A DNA stretch of 64,000 nt from the NCBI GenBank assembly GCA_035493435.1, contig DATJII010000287.1:5723-69722 (forward strand). Reading direction: 5' to 3'. Source of the stretch: Candidatus Limnocylindria bacterium (GTDB taxonomy: Bacteria; Verrucomicrobiota; Verrucomicrobiia; Limisphaerales; UBA9464). The notes beneath the pieces are model-generated. The model saw nothing but the letters and a program-made list of their open reading frames with translations. It had not been told where the DNA came from and did not search any database. Each line of letters begins with the position of its first letter. The first letter of the stretch is position 1. Position numbers and translations under genes: made by a program. Shown piece by piece: positions 47,680 to 56,890 of the stretch.

Positions 47680-49317
47680 CTATATTCCCCACAACTTCGC
47701 CTGCAGATATCCGCCACGGAGATTGGCAACCCTGGCAAAGCCGTTGCCCTGGAGGGCACAGGCGGCCAGGTAACCACGCTGCCCTTTTTGGCAATAGGTG
47801 ACAATGCGTTGCGACTGGGGTAATTCGTCCAGGCGGTCCCGCAGTTCCCGCAACGGTATATTCACGGCACCCGGAAGTTTTCCGTGTTCCGCCAACTCGT
47901 CCGGATCCCGCACGTCCAGAAGGAAGTCGCCACCAGGACGCCACGTTTCGGGTGAAACGGTGGCGATATCCCCGTGGGCGATATGGCCGGCGACAAATCC
48001 CGCCGTGTTGATGGGATCGTTGGCCGATCCGAAAGGCGGTGAATAGGCGAGGTCCAGGGATTCCAAATCGTACACGCTCAACTTTCCTGCGATCGCGGTG
48101 GCGAGGACGTCCACACGCTTGTCCACCCCCCGCTCGCCCAAAACCTGGGCTCCGAGCAGGCGACCTGTGCCTTCCTCGGCTATAATTTTGATCAGGACCG
48201 GTTTGGCCCCGGGATAATAATGGGCGTGACTATAGTCCCGGGTGAGGCTGGAGAAGTAGCTAAACCCCGCCTTGGTGGCCTGGTTGGTGTTGAGCCCGGT
48301 AAATCCAGCCACCATATGGCGGACCCGGACGATGGAGGTTCCCAACGCCCCCTGATAAGTCATGCGGGCTCCAGCTGCATTGGCCCCCGCGATGCGCCCC
48401 TGCCGGTTGGCCGGGCCAGCCAGTGCGATGCGAGCACGGGCACCGGTAAGCGCGTGCATGGTTTCGGCGGCATCGCCCACGGCATAAATATCGGGATCGG
48501 ACGATTCCAGACGGCCATTGGTCTTTACTCCGCCCGTGACACCGATCTCGAGACCTGCAGCCTTGGCCAATCCCACCTCGGCCTTGATACCGACGCTCAA
48601 CAGGATGAGATCAGCGGGCAGTCGGCTGCCATCGGCGAAGCGCACGCCCTCCGGTTCAAACGCCACCGCGTTGGCATCTACTTTGAAGTCGAAATCGGAT
48701 CGCCGGATTTGGTCCTGCAAATGGGTGGCCATATCGCGATCCAGCAATGGTAGGATGTGCGGATTGCGCTCCACGACCGTGACGTGGATTCCCCGGTGAT
48801 GAAACGCCTCAGCCATCTCCAGCCCGATGAACCCCCCGCCGATCACCACTGCATGCCGGGGTTTCTTTTCTTCGAGAAAAGCCACGATCCGGTCCATGTC
48901 GGGGATATCCCTTAGCGTGAACACTTGCGGAAGGTCCACGCCACGGATGGAGGGGACGATCGGTTGGGCACCCTGGCTGAGGACGAGCTTGTCATAGCGT
49001 TCGTCGCGCTCCAGGCCATCCTCGTCTTTGACCCCGATCGTCTTGTTCGCCCGATCAATCGAGAGGACTTCATGCCCCACGTGCGCCTGTATCCGCGAAC
49101 GGTCCCAAAAGGCTTCCGGGGTCATGACCACCAGTTTGGCACGGTCGCAAATCTCGCCGGAGATATAATAAGGCAGCCCGCAATTGGCGAATGAAATGTA
49201 GGGACCGCGCTCGAATACGTGGATCTCCGCAAGTTCATCGACGCGCCTGGCTCTGGCCGCCGCCGAAGCGCCGCCCGCCACGCCACCCACTATCAGGATC
49301 CGACGAGATTTTTTCAT
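47680..49317 (-). CDS. CoA-disulfide reductase / NADH oxidase-family flavoprotein with a C-terminal rhodanese domain (CoADR-RHD type)
   Basis: I chose the start at MKKSRRILIVGGVAGGASAA. The redox Cys motif is SFANCGLPYY, and the C-terminal rhodanese active-site loop is YCQKGQRG. Confidence 0.85.
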   Translation of the reverse strand: MKKSRRILIVGGVAGGASAAARARRVDELAEIHVFERGPYISFANCGLPYYISGEICDRAKLVVMTPEAFWDRSRIQAHVGHEVLSIDRANKTIGVKDEDGLERDERYDKLVLSQGAQPIVPSIRGVDLPQVFTLRDIPDMDRIVAFLEEKKPRHAVVIGGGFIGLEMAEAFHHRGIHVTVVERNPHILPLLDRDMATHLQDQIRRSDFDFKVDANAVAFEPEGVRFADGSRLPADLILLSVGIKAEVGLAKAAGLEIGVTGGVKTNGRLESSDPDIYAVGDAAETMHALTGARARIALAGPANRQGRIAGANAAGARMTYQGALGTSIVRVRHMVAGFTGLNTNQATKAGFSYFSSLTRDYSHAHYYPGAKPVLIKIIAEEGTGRLLGAQVLGERGVDKRVDVLATAIAGKLSVYDLESLDLAYSPPFGSANDPINTAGFVAGHIAHGDIATVSPETWRPGGDFLLDVRDPDELAEHGKLPGAVNIPLRELRDRLDELPQSQRIVTYCQKGQRGYLAACALQGNGFARVANLRGGYLQAKLWGI

Positions 49318-49340
49318 TGATTGAAGGATTGCTGATTCGA

Positions 49341-49910
49341 TTAACCGGATGTGGCACACGATTCTCCCCGATTCCAGGGCATGCGGGCGAGGACCAAGGC
49401 CATGCCGCAGGTGCCACTCGCGCCGGCGAACAACAGTCCACCGCCCGTCACCAGTGGAATGACGGCGAACCACTTATCCACCCCCAGCGCCAAAGCCGCC
49501 CCCATGGCGGTGATCGTTCCCGCCACTATTTGCACCTGGCGCATGATTGGTATCACCTTGCTTTCCCCTCGTACCACGGGCAGGCCAGCGTCGATCCATC
49601 CCTGGGTGCCGCCTTCAACCGAGACGCAATCTTCCACCCCTGCCGCCCGCAGCTTCTCGACCGCCTTGGCCGCTCGGGCGCCTGACTGGCAAATCACATA
49701 AAGCGGCCGGGCTGGGCTTGATGCCTTCTTCGCGAACGACTGTGGATCGAGGCGATCAAGCGGCGAGAGACGCGCACAAGCAACGTGGGCCGCCTGGAAC
49801 TCAGGCGCAGTCCGGACATCAATCAATTCCACGATCCCACCCTGCGCCATCCGCCCGGCCAGTTCCCTGGGGCTGATCGAGGTTTCCGCTTGAACGAGAT
49901 TATCTTTCAT
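49341..49910 (-). CDS. Rhodanese domain fused to a DUF2892 (YgaP-like) membrane domain
   Basis: The rhodanese loop is ICQSGARA. The C-terminal tail has two TM helices and ends GTCGMALVLARMPWN. Confidence 0.8.
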   Translation of the reverse strand: MKDNLVQAETSISPRELAGRMAQGGIVELIDVRTAPEFQAAHVACARLSPLDRLDPQSFAKKASSPARPLYVICQSGARAAKAVEKLRAAGVEDCVSVEGGTQGWIDAGLPVVRGESKVIPIMRQVQIVAGTITAMGAALALGVDKWFAVIPLVTGGGLLFAGASGTCGMALVLARMPWNRGESCATSG

Positions 49911-49937
49911 GTTATGAACATATGATCAATTGGTAAT

Positions 49938-50246
49938 ATGAAGCAAGTGAAAAGTCATGCACCTTTGAGTTCCGCCGAGATCGAGTCCGTCGCGGCGCTC
50001 TTTAAGGTGTTGGGTGAGCCCATGCGACTGCGAATACTCCAATCGGTCTGCCATTCGCCGCAAAGCGTCGGCGATATCGTCGAGGCCACGGGTGCCACCC
50101 AGGCAAATATATCGAAACATCTGGCACTGCTGGCCGCCAGCGGGGTCGTCGAGCGCCAACGCCAAGGGCAGCAGGTCTTCTACGGCATCAAAAACCGGCT
50201 CGTCATAAAACTCTGCGAGTCGGTCCGCGCCCAACTCCACGCCTGA
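49938..50246 (+). CDS. ArsR/SmtB-family transcriptional regulator
   Basis: FKVLGEPMRLRILQSV...VGDIVEATGATQANISKHLALLAASGVVERQRQGQQVFY forms a winged HTH. It has two Cys (C38, C93) and lacks the CVC metal motif. It is divergent from the rhodanese operon, with only 27 bp between the two start codons. Confidence 0.85.
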   Translation: MKQVKSHAPLSSAEIESVAALFKVLGEPMRLRILQSVCHSPQSVGDIVEATGATQANISKHLALLAASGVVERQRQGQQVFYGIKNRLVIKLCESVRAQLHA

Positions 50247-50268
50247 TTTCACCAACCTAATCGCAGGG

Positions 50269-50454
50269 TCAGCTGGTCCGGCGGGTGTTTAGACCCAGGG
50301 GACAGTAAATTGGGCAGAACCCCAGCAAACCGGTGATCAACGGTATCGCCGCGAGAAAGGCCCAGGCGCTCGGATCAAAATAACCCGCCACGATGATGGC
50401 CAGACCCAGTGCGATCCGCACCGAGCGATCGAGAGTTCCAAGATTCGATTTCAT
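50269..50454 (-). CDS. DUF2892 (YgaP-like) small membrane protein
   Basis: The 61 aa product reads LGTLDRSVRIALGLAIIVAGYF...ITGLLGFCPIYCPLGLNT. Confidence 0.6.
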   Translation of the reverse strand: MKSNLGTLDRSVRIALGLAIIVAGYFDPSAWAFLAAIPLITGLLGFCPIYCPLGLNTRRTS

Positions 50455-50586
50455 ATAACGCCTTCCCTAACGTGGCGAGCCCTCCTCACGGGCCGCCTTT
50501 TCCTTGTTCTATGCATACCGTGGACGTTCATCAAAAGATGCGCCAACCGAAGATTGGCCGATTCCCATCAAATATTGGCGCTGCAT

Positions 50587-51906
50587 TCACCGTGACGAGC
50601 GATCCACCTCCGGTGAAATAAGCTCCCGCACAATCTGGGTGGTTCGCACCCGGGTTTTGAGGATGTGGAGTATATTGCACATGCCTGATTCCGTGCGGGA
50701 TAGGAAAAGGAAATCCGGCGAGAGAAACTTGTTCTTTAGGAGGACTTTGGCAAGCTGTCCGAGTGCTTCCATGAATCGAGGATCGCCCAGATCCAATAAC
50801 ACGGGCGGATCAGCCAGTGGGTGGAATTCGTCATAGAAGCGCTTGATCTCTTCCATGCTTCGACGGACCTGGCGGGCATTGGCACGGTACTCGTCGGGAA
50901 AGGCCACCCGGACCATTTCGGCATATATTTTGTTGCTTTGGACCCACTCGCGCGACCAGAACTGTCCATAGCAGCGCACGACCTCTGGTTTCAGGTGCTT
51001 CACGCAGCCAAAGTCGACCAGTCCGAGACTGCCATCATCATTGAAGAGATAGTTGCCAGGGTGGGGATCGGCATGCAGGGCCTTCATCCGGAAGAGTTGA
51101 AAGAAGAAGAGCCTTACCAACTGGGCACCCACGCGGTCGCGCATCTCTTGCGAAGGATTCGATTCCAGGAACTCCTGCAAGCGACGTCCGCCAAGCCGGG
51201 ACATCGTAAGCACCCGACGTGAACTCAGGTCCCGATACACCTTGGGAACACGGACAAACGACAACGGTTCCAGGTGTTTCCGGAAATACTCCAGATTGTC
51301 CGCCTCACGCACATAGTCCGTTTCCTCAAGAATACCGCGTTCCGCTTCCTGGACCACCGATTCCTTGAGATGGCCGGTCATGCGCGCCGCGAAACCCGCT
51401 GCCCGCAGGGCTTTGAAATCGCTCTCAATGGCCTCGCGAATGGCGGGATACTGGATCTTTACCGCAACCTCTTCGCCAGCCTGGGTGACCGCGAAGTGCA
51501 CCTGGCCCAACGAAGCGGCAGCAAAGGGCTCCGGCTCAAAGGATCGGAATACTTCTTCCGGATATTTCCCCATCGCGCTCTTGAACTGGGCGCGTATCAG
51601 GCTGGGATGCATCGGCGGCGCCTGCCGTTGCAGGGTCGATAACTCCTCGATCCACGCAGGATCCAGGGCCTGGGTCTGCATACTTAGAGCCTGGCCCACT
51701 TTCATGATCGGGCCACGGAGGCTTTGCAGTTCCTCCCGCACCCGTTTGGCCTGCTGGGCTCCCAACGATTGGCGGCGCGCCTTTGCCTCATCCTCGCTGA
51801 GGAACGGCCGCTGGACTTGGTGGGCCAGATAACCGCCGGCAACCCCGGCTCCCAGACGGAAGATGCGGGCTGCCCGGGAAAGAGATTCGGATTTCTTTTT
51901 CACCAC
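50587..51906 (-). CDS. ABC1/UbiB/AarF-family atypical kinase
   Basis: Motifs: LRGPIMKVGQALSM, FAAASLGQVH, VAVKIQYPAI and DPHPGNYL. The likely GTG start overlaps the tetR stop (GTGGTGA). Confidence 0.85.
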   Translation of the reverse strand: MVKKKSESLSRAARIFRLGAGVAGGYLAHQVQRPFLSEDEAKARRQSLGAQQAKRVREELQSLRGPIMKVGQALSMQTQALDPAWIEELSTLQRQAPPMHPSLIRAQFKSAMGKYPEEVFRSFEPEPFAAASLGQVHFAVTQAGEEVAVKIQYPAIREAIESDFKALRAAGFAARMTGHLKESVVQEAERGILEETDYVREADNLEYFRKHLEPLSFVRVPKVYRDLSSRRVLTMSRLGGRRLQEFLESNPSQEMRDRVGAQLVRLFFFQLFRMKALHADPHPGNYLFNDDGSLGLVDFGCVKHLKPEVVRCYGQFWSREWVQSNKIYAEMVRVAFPDEYRANARQVRRSMEEIKRFYDEFHPLADPPVLLDLGDPRFMEALGQLAKVLLKNKFLSPDFLFLSRTESGMCNILHILKTRVRTTQIVRELISPEVDRSSR

Positions 51907-52577
51907 TCCCACCCCTCTTTCCGGGCGATCCGCATCGCTCCGTGGAGTACCCGATCCAATACCGCGAGCGTCTTTTGTTTGCCTTCCGACGTGTCGTTCA
52001 GCCAATGCGCCACCACTCCCAGATAGAATAGACCCACCCCGTAAGAGCCCAAGTCACCCAGGGGCGGAATCTCGCCTTTCTCCTCCGCCTCGGCCAGGAT
52101 CCCGCGTATAAACATAAGGTACCGCAGCCGCAACTGCTGCGACTCAAGGCTCAGGGGATTCAGCTTGGAGTGGGGTTGCAGCGACCGGAAGAAAACGGCA
52201 CCGATGAAATCCTCGCTGGGCGCGAGGTACTCCAATTGCCGGTGCATGATCGCGAATAGTTTTTCCGGCAGGGAGGCTTTGGCGAGATGGGTATTTCCCT
52301 GGTACCAGGCAATCAAATCGTCGGTTTCCTTTTGGAAGAAAAACAGCGCCAGATCCTCCTTGGTCCGAAAGTAGTTGAAGAGCGTCCCTTCGGCGATGCC
52401 CGCCCGTTGCGAGATTTCCTTGGTCGTGGTGCCTTCCAATCCCTTTTCCCGGAACAACTCCAAGGCGGCAGCCAGGATTCGGTCCTTGGTCAGCTCTTTC
52501 TTCCGATCACGTTTGCCCTCGGCTGCCGATCCCTCTCTGGGAGGGACATTCTGGGCTGATTTACGTTTCGATTTCAT
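51900..52577 (-). CDS. TetR/AcrR-family transcriptional regulator
   Basis: The N-terminal HTH reads RILAAALELFREKGLEGTTTKEISQRAGIAEGTLFNYF. Confidence 0.9.
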   Translation of the reverse strand: MKSKRKSAQNVPPREGSAAEGKRDRKKELTKDRILAAALELFREKGLEGTTTKEISQRAGIAEGTLFNYFRTKEDLALFFFQKETDDLIAWYQGNTHLAKASLPEKLFAIMHRQLEYLAPSEDFIGAVFFRSLQPHSKLNPLSLESQQLRLRYLMFIRGILAEAEEKGEIPPLGDLGSYGVGLFYLGVVAHWLNDTSEGKQKTLAVLDRVLHGAMRIARKEGWEW

Positions 52578-52595
52578 AAATGAGTGTACTCATTT
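52578..52595. promoter_or_regulatory. Putative TetR operator 1 (inverted repeat AAATGAGT-GT-ACTCATTT)
   Basis: Perfect 8 bp arms are separated by 2 bp. The site abuts the tetR ATG and is repeated identically 46 bp away. Confidence 0.55.
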
Positions 52596-52623
52596 TTGAT
52601 TTTCAGCACTGTTTGTCAACAGA

Positions 52624-52641
52624 AAATGAGTGTACTCATTT
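52624..52641. promoter_or_regulatory. Putative TetR operator 2 (identical copy)
   Basis: The same 18-mer, AAATGAGTGTACTCATTT, occurs here in the tetR/yggS divergent intergenic region. A TTGACA hexamer on the tetR strand lies between the two copies. Confidence 0.55.
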
Positions 52642-52704
52642 TTTATGCATCTTTGAAAGGCATGGAACCTTGAGTCGGCGGACTGACCTCGTATCCTTCC
52701 GCCT

Positions 52705-53400
52705 GTGAGCGCTTTGGCGGAAAATCTCGAAAAAGTTCAGACCCGGATACGGCAGGCGTGTGAGCGGGCGGGACGCAATCCCGCTGACATCACGCTGGTG
52801 GCCGTCAGCAAAAACCATCCCGCGGCGGCGGTGGAAGAAGCGGCACGCTTGGGGTTGTCTTATTTTGGTGAGAGCAAAATCCAGGAAGCCCGCGTCAAAA
52901 TCCCCCAGTGCCCCCGGCGACTGCACTGGCACATGATCGGGCACTTGCAATCGAACAAGGCGAAAGATGCCCTCGGGCTGTTCGAGATGATCGAAAGCGT
53001 CGACAGTTTGTCGTTGGCGGAGGAACTCCAGAAACAGGCGGAAAAACAGGCGCGCCACTCCAAAATCCTGCTGGAAGTGAACGTCGCCGGAGAATCCTCC
53101 AAACACGGCTGGGATCCCACACGTGTGCTGGAAGAATTCGAGGCGGTGAATCGATTATCGCGTTTGGAGATTCACGGCTTGATGACCATCGCCCCGTTTG
53201 CCGTGGACCCGGAAAAGGTCCGTCCAGTTTTTGCGCGGCTGCGAGAGTTGCGGGATCGTTGCGCAGATCTTTTGGGAGCTCCATTGCCGGTTTTGAGCAT
53301 GGGCATGAGTGGCGATTTGGAAGTAGCGGTTGAAGAAGGGGCCACGGTGGTGCGGGTGGGAACGGCCCTCTTTGGCACCCGACCGAAGCGCGAAGAATAG
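52705..53400 (+). CDS. yggS: YggS-family pyridoxal-phosphate homeostasis protein
   Basis: GTG start. Motifs: ITLVAVSKNHP, YFGESKIQEA, WHMIGHLQSNKAK, LEVNVAGESSKHG and LSMGMSGD. Confidence 0.9.
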   Translation: MSALAENLEKVQTRIRQACERAGRNPADITLVAVSKNHPAAAVEEAARLGLSYFGESKIQEARVKIPQCPRRLHWHMIGHLQSNKAKDALGLFEMIESVDSLSLAEELQKQAEKQARHSKILLEVNVAGESSKHGWDPTRVLEEFEAVNRLSRLEIHGLMTIAPFAVDPEKVRPVFARLRELRDRCADLLGAPLPVLSMGMSGDLEVAVEEGATVVRVGTALFGTRPKREE

Positions 53401-53473
53401 GCCCCTGCCGTCGCGGTTCTCTTACTTCAGGTTAAGCCCCGCCGTGTTCCATCCGATATTCGGAACGGTGGCT

Positions 53474-55702
53474 ATGCCTGACGCGTCCCAACACAATTTT
53501 CAAGGCCTTAGCGGGTTGACCGAGAAACTGTCTCTCGAACTCGCTTTTGCGGAACCCGGCAAAGACAACGGTCTTTTGCCCGCCAACTCCTTTGTCTCCG
53601 AGATGGAGGAAATGCTGACGCAGGGAAGCTTGCCTTCCTCGTTTGGCGACGCGATCAAGCGCCTGAGAAGCTACATCGATCACCTTTTCGACACCGATGG
53701 GCTTTTCGACGCCGCCACCCTTAAGGGTATGGGCAAAGAGGTCGAATGGCTGCAAGCCGCCGTGAATGCCGCTGAAACCGGTAGTCCGGAACCGGCCAGT
53801 ACCGAACCAGTCGCCGAGAGTGCCCCGACGCCCGCTGCGTCTCCCACCACGACTACTCCCGCCGTTCCCCCTGCTCCCGCGCAACAGGATCCTCAACCGA
53901 TGATCCTGAATCTAGGCGAGGACACCGAACTTTTGGTCGAGTTTGCCAACGAATCGCAGGAACACCTTCAGAACATCGAGCTAGGCGTTTTGACCTTGGA
54001 GGATAATCCTCGCGACGCCGACACGCTGAACTCTATTTTTCGCGCGTTCCATACGTTTAAGGGCGGTTCTGGGTTTCTAAATCTGAAGCCGATCAACCAA
54101 CTCGCGCACGAGTTGGAATCGTTGCTCGACCAGGCTCGCCAACATATTCTCGAGATCGATTCTGAAATCATCGAAATCATTTTGGCGGGCGGGGACACGC
54201 TTAAGCAATTTGTCCAAGCCATTGAAACACAACTAAGTGGCAAGAACGCCGGACAACCTATCCTGATCCCGACACTGGACCTGTTGAGTCGAGTTCGGGC
54301 AGTGATCGCCGGGCATCGTGTTGAAGGACGCCCCAGCGCGCCTCCGGCAGCCACCCCAGTGGCGCAGGAAAAGATCGTGCCCATGCCCGTGCCCGTGCCT
54401 GCGGCAAAGGAGATTTCCACTTCGGGTTCCGCGCCCGTGCCTGCCGCCCCACCACTCTCGACGGAAAAGATCCATAGTATCGCTGCCGCGAAGCAGACCT
54501 TGGACGAATCCACCCGTAACAATGGGCAGGTCGTCAAGGTCGACACTGCCAAACTCGATGCGTTGGTCGATCTCGTGGGCGAAATGGTGATTGCCCAGTC
54601 CCTCGTCGCGCAGGATTCCGAACTCAAGGCCATTCAAAGCCAGAAAATCAGCCGAAATCTGGCCCAGTTGGGGCGTATTACCAAAGAGTTGCAGCGGATT
54701 TCAACCGCCCTTCGAATGGTACCAATTCGCGGCATGTTCCAGAAAATGAACCGCCTCGTGCGAGATGTGGCACTTAAGGCCGGCAAACAGGTGGAATTGG
54801 TAACTGACGGCGAAGAAACCGAACTGGATCGCACGATCATCGAGGTCATCAATGACCCCTTGGTTCACATGATCCGGAATTCGGTCGATCACGGCATTGA
54901 GAAACCAGAGGCGCGACTCAAAAACGGTAAGTCGGCCCAAGGCAAGGTAACGCTACGCGCGTTTCATCAGGGCGGGACGATCGTGATCGAGATCGCGGAC
55001 GACGGGGGCGGATTGGATCGGGACCGAATCCTGGCCAAAGCCATTGAACGCGGTTTGGTAAAACCCGATCAAAATCCTTCGGAAAAGGACATCTTCGCGT
55101 TGATTTTCGAACCCGGTTTTTCAACCGCGACGGTTGTCACCGATCTCTCCGGGCGCGGCGTCGGCATGGACGTGGTCAAACGGAACATCGATAAACTGCG
55201 CGGGAAGATTTCCATCGAATCGACGCCCGGTGAGGGTTCCAAGTTCTCGATCCATCTGCCCCTAACCTTGGCGATCATCGAAGGCCTCATGATTGGCTTG
55301 GATGGCCACCGTTTTATCATCCCCACCTTGTCGATCTGTGAGTCGTTCCGGGTTCAGCCAGGAATGCTCAGCACGGTCCACGGCAGGGACGAATTGATCA
55401 ACGTCCGCGGCAAGTTGATCCCGCTGCTCCGTCTCGACACGTACTTCAATCTTCGGACGGAATCATTGCCCATCGAAAAAGGCATCGTCGTCGTTGTGGA
55501 ATGCGACGGCCAGAAACGCTGCCTCCTGGTCGATCAACTGATCGGGAAACAGGAAGTAGTCATCAAGAACCTGGGCGAAACCTTCAAACGGAATCCCTGC
55601 CTCGCCGGCGCGGCAATTCTGGGCGACGGTCGCGTAGGCTTGATTCTGGATGTCGACGCGCTGGTCAAGCTGAAGCCGGTTGAGCTGGCGGAGGCGGCCT
55701 AA
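53474..55702 (+). CDS. cheA: Chemotaxis histidine kinase CheA with an unassigned N-terminal extension
   Basis: It has HPt (FRAFHTFKGGSGFLNL), a dimerisation region, HATPase motifs (HMIRNSVDHGIE, DDGGGLD, GRGVGMDVV) and a C-terminal CheW-like domain. The start is the ATG at 53474, chosen to avoid overlap with yggS. Confidence 0.9.
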   Translation: MPDASQHNFQGLSGLTEKLSLELAFAEPGKDNGLLPANSFVSEMEEMLTQGSLPSSFGDAIKRLRSYIDHLFDTDGLFDAATLKGMGKEVEWLQAAVNAAETGSPEPASTEPVAESAPTPAASPTTTTPAVPPAPAQQDPQPMILNLGEDTELLVEFANESQEHLQNIELGVLTLEDNPRDADTLNSIFRAFHTFKGGSGFLNLKPINQLAHELESLLDQARQHILEIDSEIIEIILAGGDTLKQFVQAIETQLSGKNAGQPILIPTLDLLSRVRAVIAGHRVEGRPSAPPAATPVAQEKIVPMPVPVPAAKEISTSGSAPVPAAPPLSTEKIHSIAAAKQTLDESTRNNGQVVKVDTAKLDALVDLVGEMVIAQSLVAQDSELKAIQSQKISRNLAQLGRITKELQRISTALRMVPIRGMFQKMNRLVRDVALKAGKQVELVTDGEETELDRTIIEVINDPLVHMIRNSVDHGIEKPEARLKNGKSAQGKVTLRAFHQGGTIVIEIADDGGGLDRDRILAKAIERGLVKPDQNPSEKDIFALIFEPGFSTATVVTDLSGRGVGMDVVKRNIDKLRGKISIESTPGEGSKFSIHLPLTLAIIEGLMIGLDGHRFIIPTLSICESFRVQPGMLSTVHGRDELINVRGKLIPLLRLDTYFNLRTESLPIEKGIVVVVECDGQKRCLLVDQLIGKQEVVIKNLGETFKRNPCLAGAAILGDGRVGLILDVDALVKLKPVELAEAA

Positions 55703-55879
55703 CCGGCCCTCCGGGCGTTCCCGTCTGGCATCTACCTCAACCACGTTATTTCCCCTGACGTTGTGCCAGTGACTGCCAGGCCAGTATCATCGGAGACCGG
55801 TGAACAGGTCTCCGAGAATGTTTTCCGATACCTATCGTTGCCGTTGGCCGGAGGTGGCCCTTATCCTCTCCGCCGCCGG

Positions 55880-56710
55880 ATGCAGTGGAACATCCTCCAT
55901 CGAACGCATTACGCGTATGAAATGGCCGTTAGGGACAGTTTCAACGAAGTGCGCCTGAAGCCCGTAACAAACGAGCATCAGCGCACGGAGAATTTTTTAC
56001 TCAAGATACAGCCCGCCTGTAAGTTACGTCACTACGAGGACCTGTACCACAACTGGGTCCACCATTTCGACATTCCCGAGCCACACACGTCGCTCACCAT
56101 CGAGAGCCAATGCCAGGTAACGACCTTATTCCAAGCGTTACCCTTGGACGCCATGCCTGCCGATCTGGCGCGTTTGGAGGAATGTGCGCGTAGCGAACGC
56201 TGTTTCGATTTCCTCCAAGCCAGCGAGTACGTGGACCCGGATCCTGAAGTGTGGCGCTTGGCGGTGGACATTACCCACGGCTGCACCGACATCTGGCAGG
56301 CGTCAGTCGCGATCATGCGCTACGTCCATGCCCAGCTCACCTACACCCCGCTGAGCACCCACGTGCATACCCACATGCGGGAAGTCCTCCAGCAACGCCA
56401 GGGTGTTTGCCAGGATTTCGCCCACGTGATGCTGGGCCTTTGCCGATCCATCCGGATTCCCGCGCTGTATGTGAGTGGCTATCTGGCGGTGGAAAACGCC
56501 AGCGCGACGCATGCCTGGGTGGAAGTTTTCATTCCCGATATTGGCTGGCGGGCGTTGGATCCCACGCACAATCGGACCGCCGATGAATCGTACATCAAGT
56601 TGGCCGTGGGCCGGGATTACAGCGACGTGCAACCCGTTCGGGGACGCTATCGCGGCAATACCAAGTGGTCGATGCAGGTGGAAGTGCAGATTGAGCCGGT
56701 GAAGAGCTGA
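55880..56710 (+). CDS. Transglutaminase-family protein (Bact_transglu_N plus transglutaminase core)
   Basis: It starts MQWNILHRTHYAYE. The catalytic triad context is QGVCQDFAH, THAWVEVF and DPTH. Confidence 0.85.
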   Translation: MQWNILHRTHYAYEMAVRDSFNEVRLKPVTNEHQRTENFLLKIQPACKLRHYEDLYHNWVHHFDIPEPHTSLTIESQCQVTTLFQALPLDAMPADLARLEECARSERCFDFLQASEYVDPDPEVWRLAVDITHGCTDIWQASVAIMRYVHAQLTYTPLSTHVHTHMREVLQQRQGVCQDFAHVMLGLCRSIRIPALYVSGYLAVENASATHAWVEVFIPDIGWRALDPTHNRTADESYIKLAVGRDYSDVQPVRGRYRGNTKWSMQVEVQIEPVKS

Positions 56711-56740
56711 CGTGGGGCGTGGGAATGGCCCAAGCAAACG

Positions 56741-56800
56741 CGCCGGCGTCGTGGAGTGCGGTGGCAAGCGCAGCGCGACACCGCTTCGGACGCGTTCCCT
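56741..56800 (+). repeat. Copy A of a short intergenic repeat family (core GTCGTGGAGTGCGGTGGCAAGCGCAGCGCGACACCGCTT)
   Basis: It is related by eye to copies at 61847-61889 (same orientation) and at 61942-61994 and 62050-62088 (opposite orientation). Confidence 0.5.
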
Positions 56801-56890
56801 GGCAAGCAAGCGGGGATTCATTGCCGTGACCGAAATCAAGCAAGCCGAAGGAAACACCTCGGAGGGGTCGTCGTGCCACATGGGAAATCT

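Noticed and set aside
49906-49932. A shared 12-mer, ATGAACATATGA, between the ArsR divergent region and the reverse complement of the 5805-5834 repeats. This might suggest a common regulator.
   Set aside because: Many chance 12-mer matches are expected between the two strands of a 64 kb sequence, on the order of hundreds of pairs. No further similarity extends from the match.
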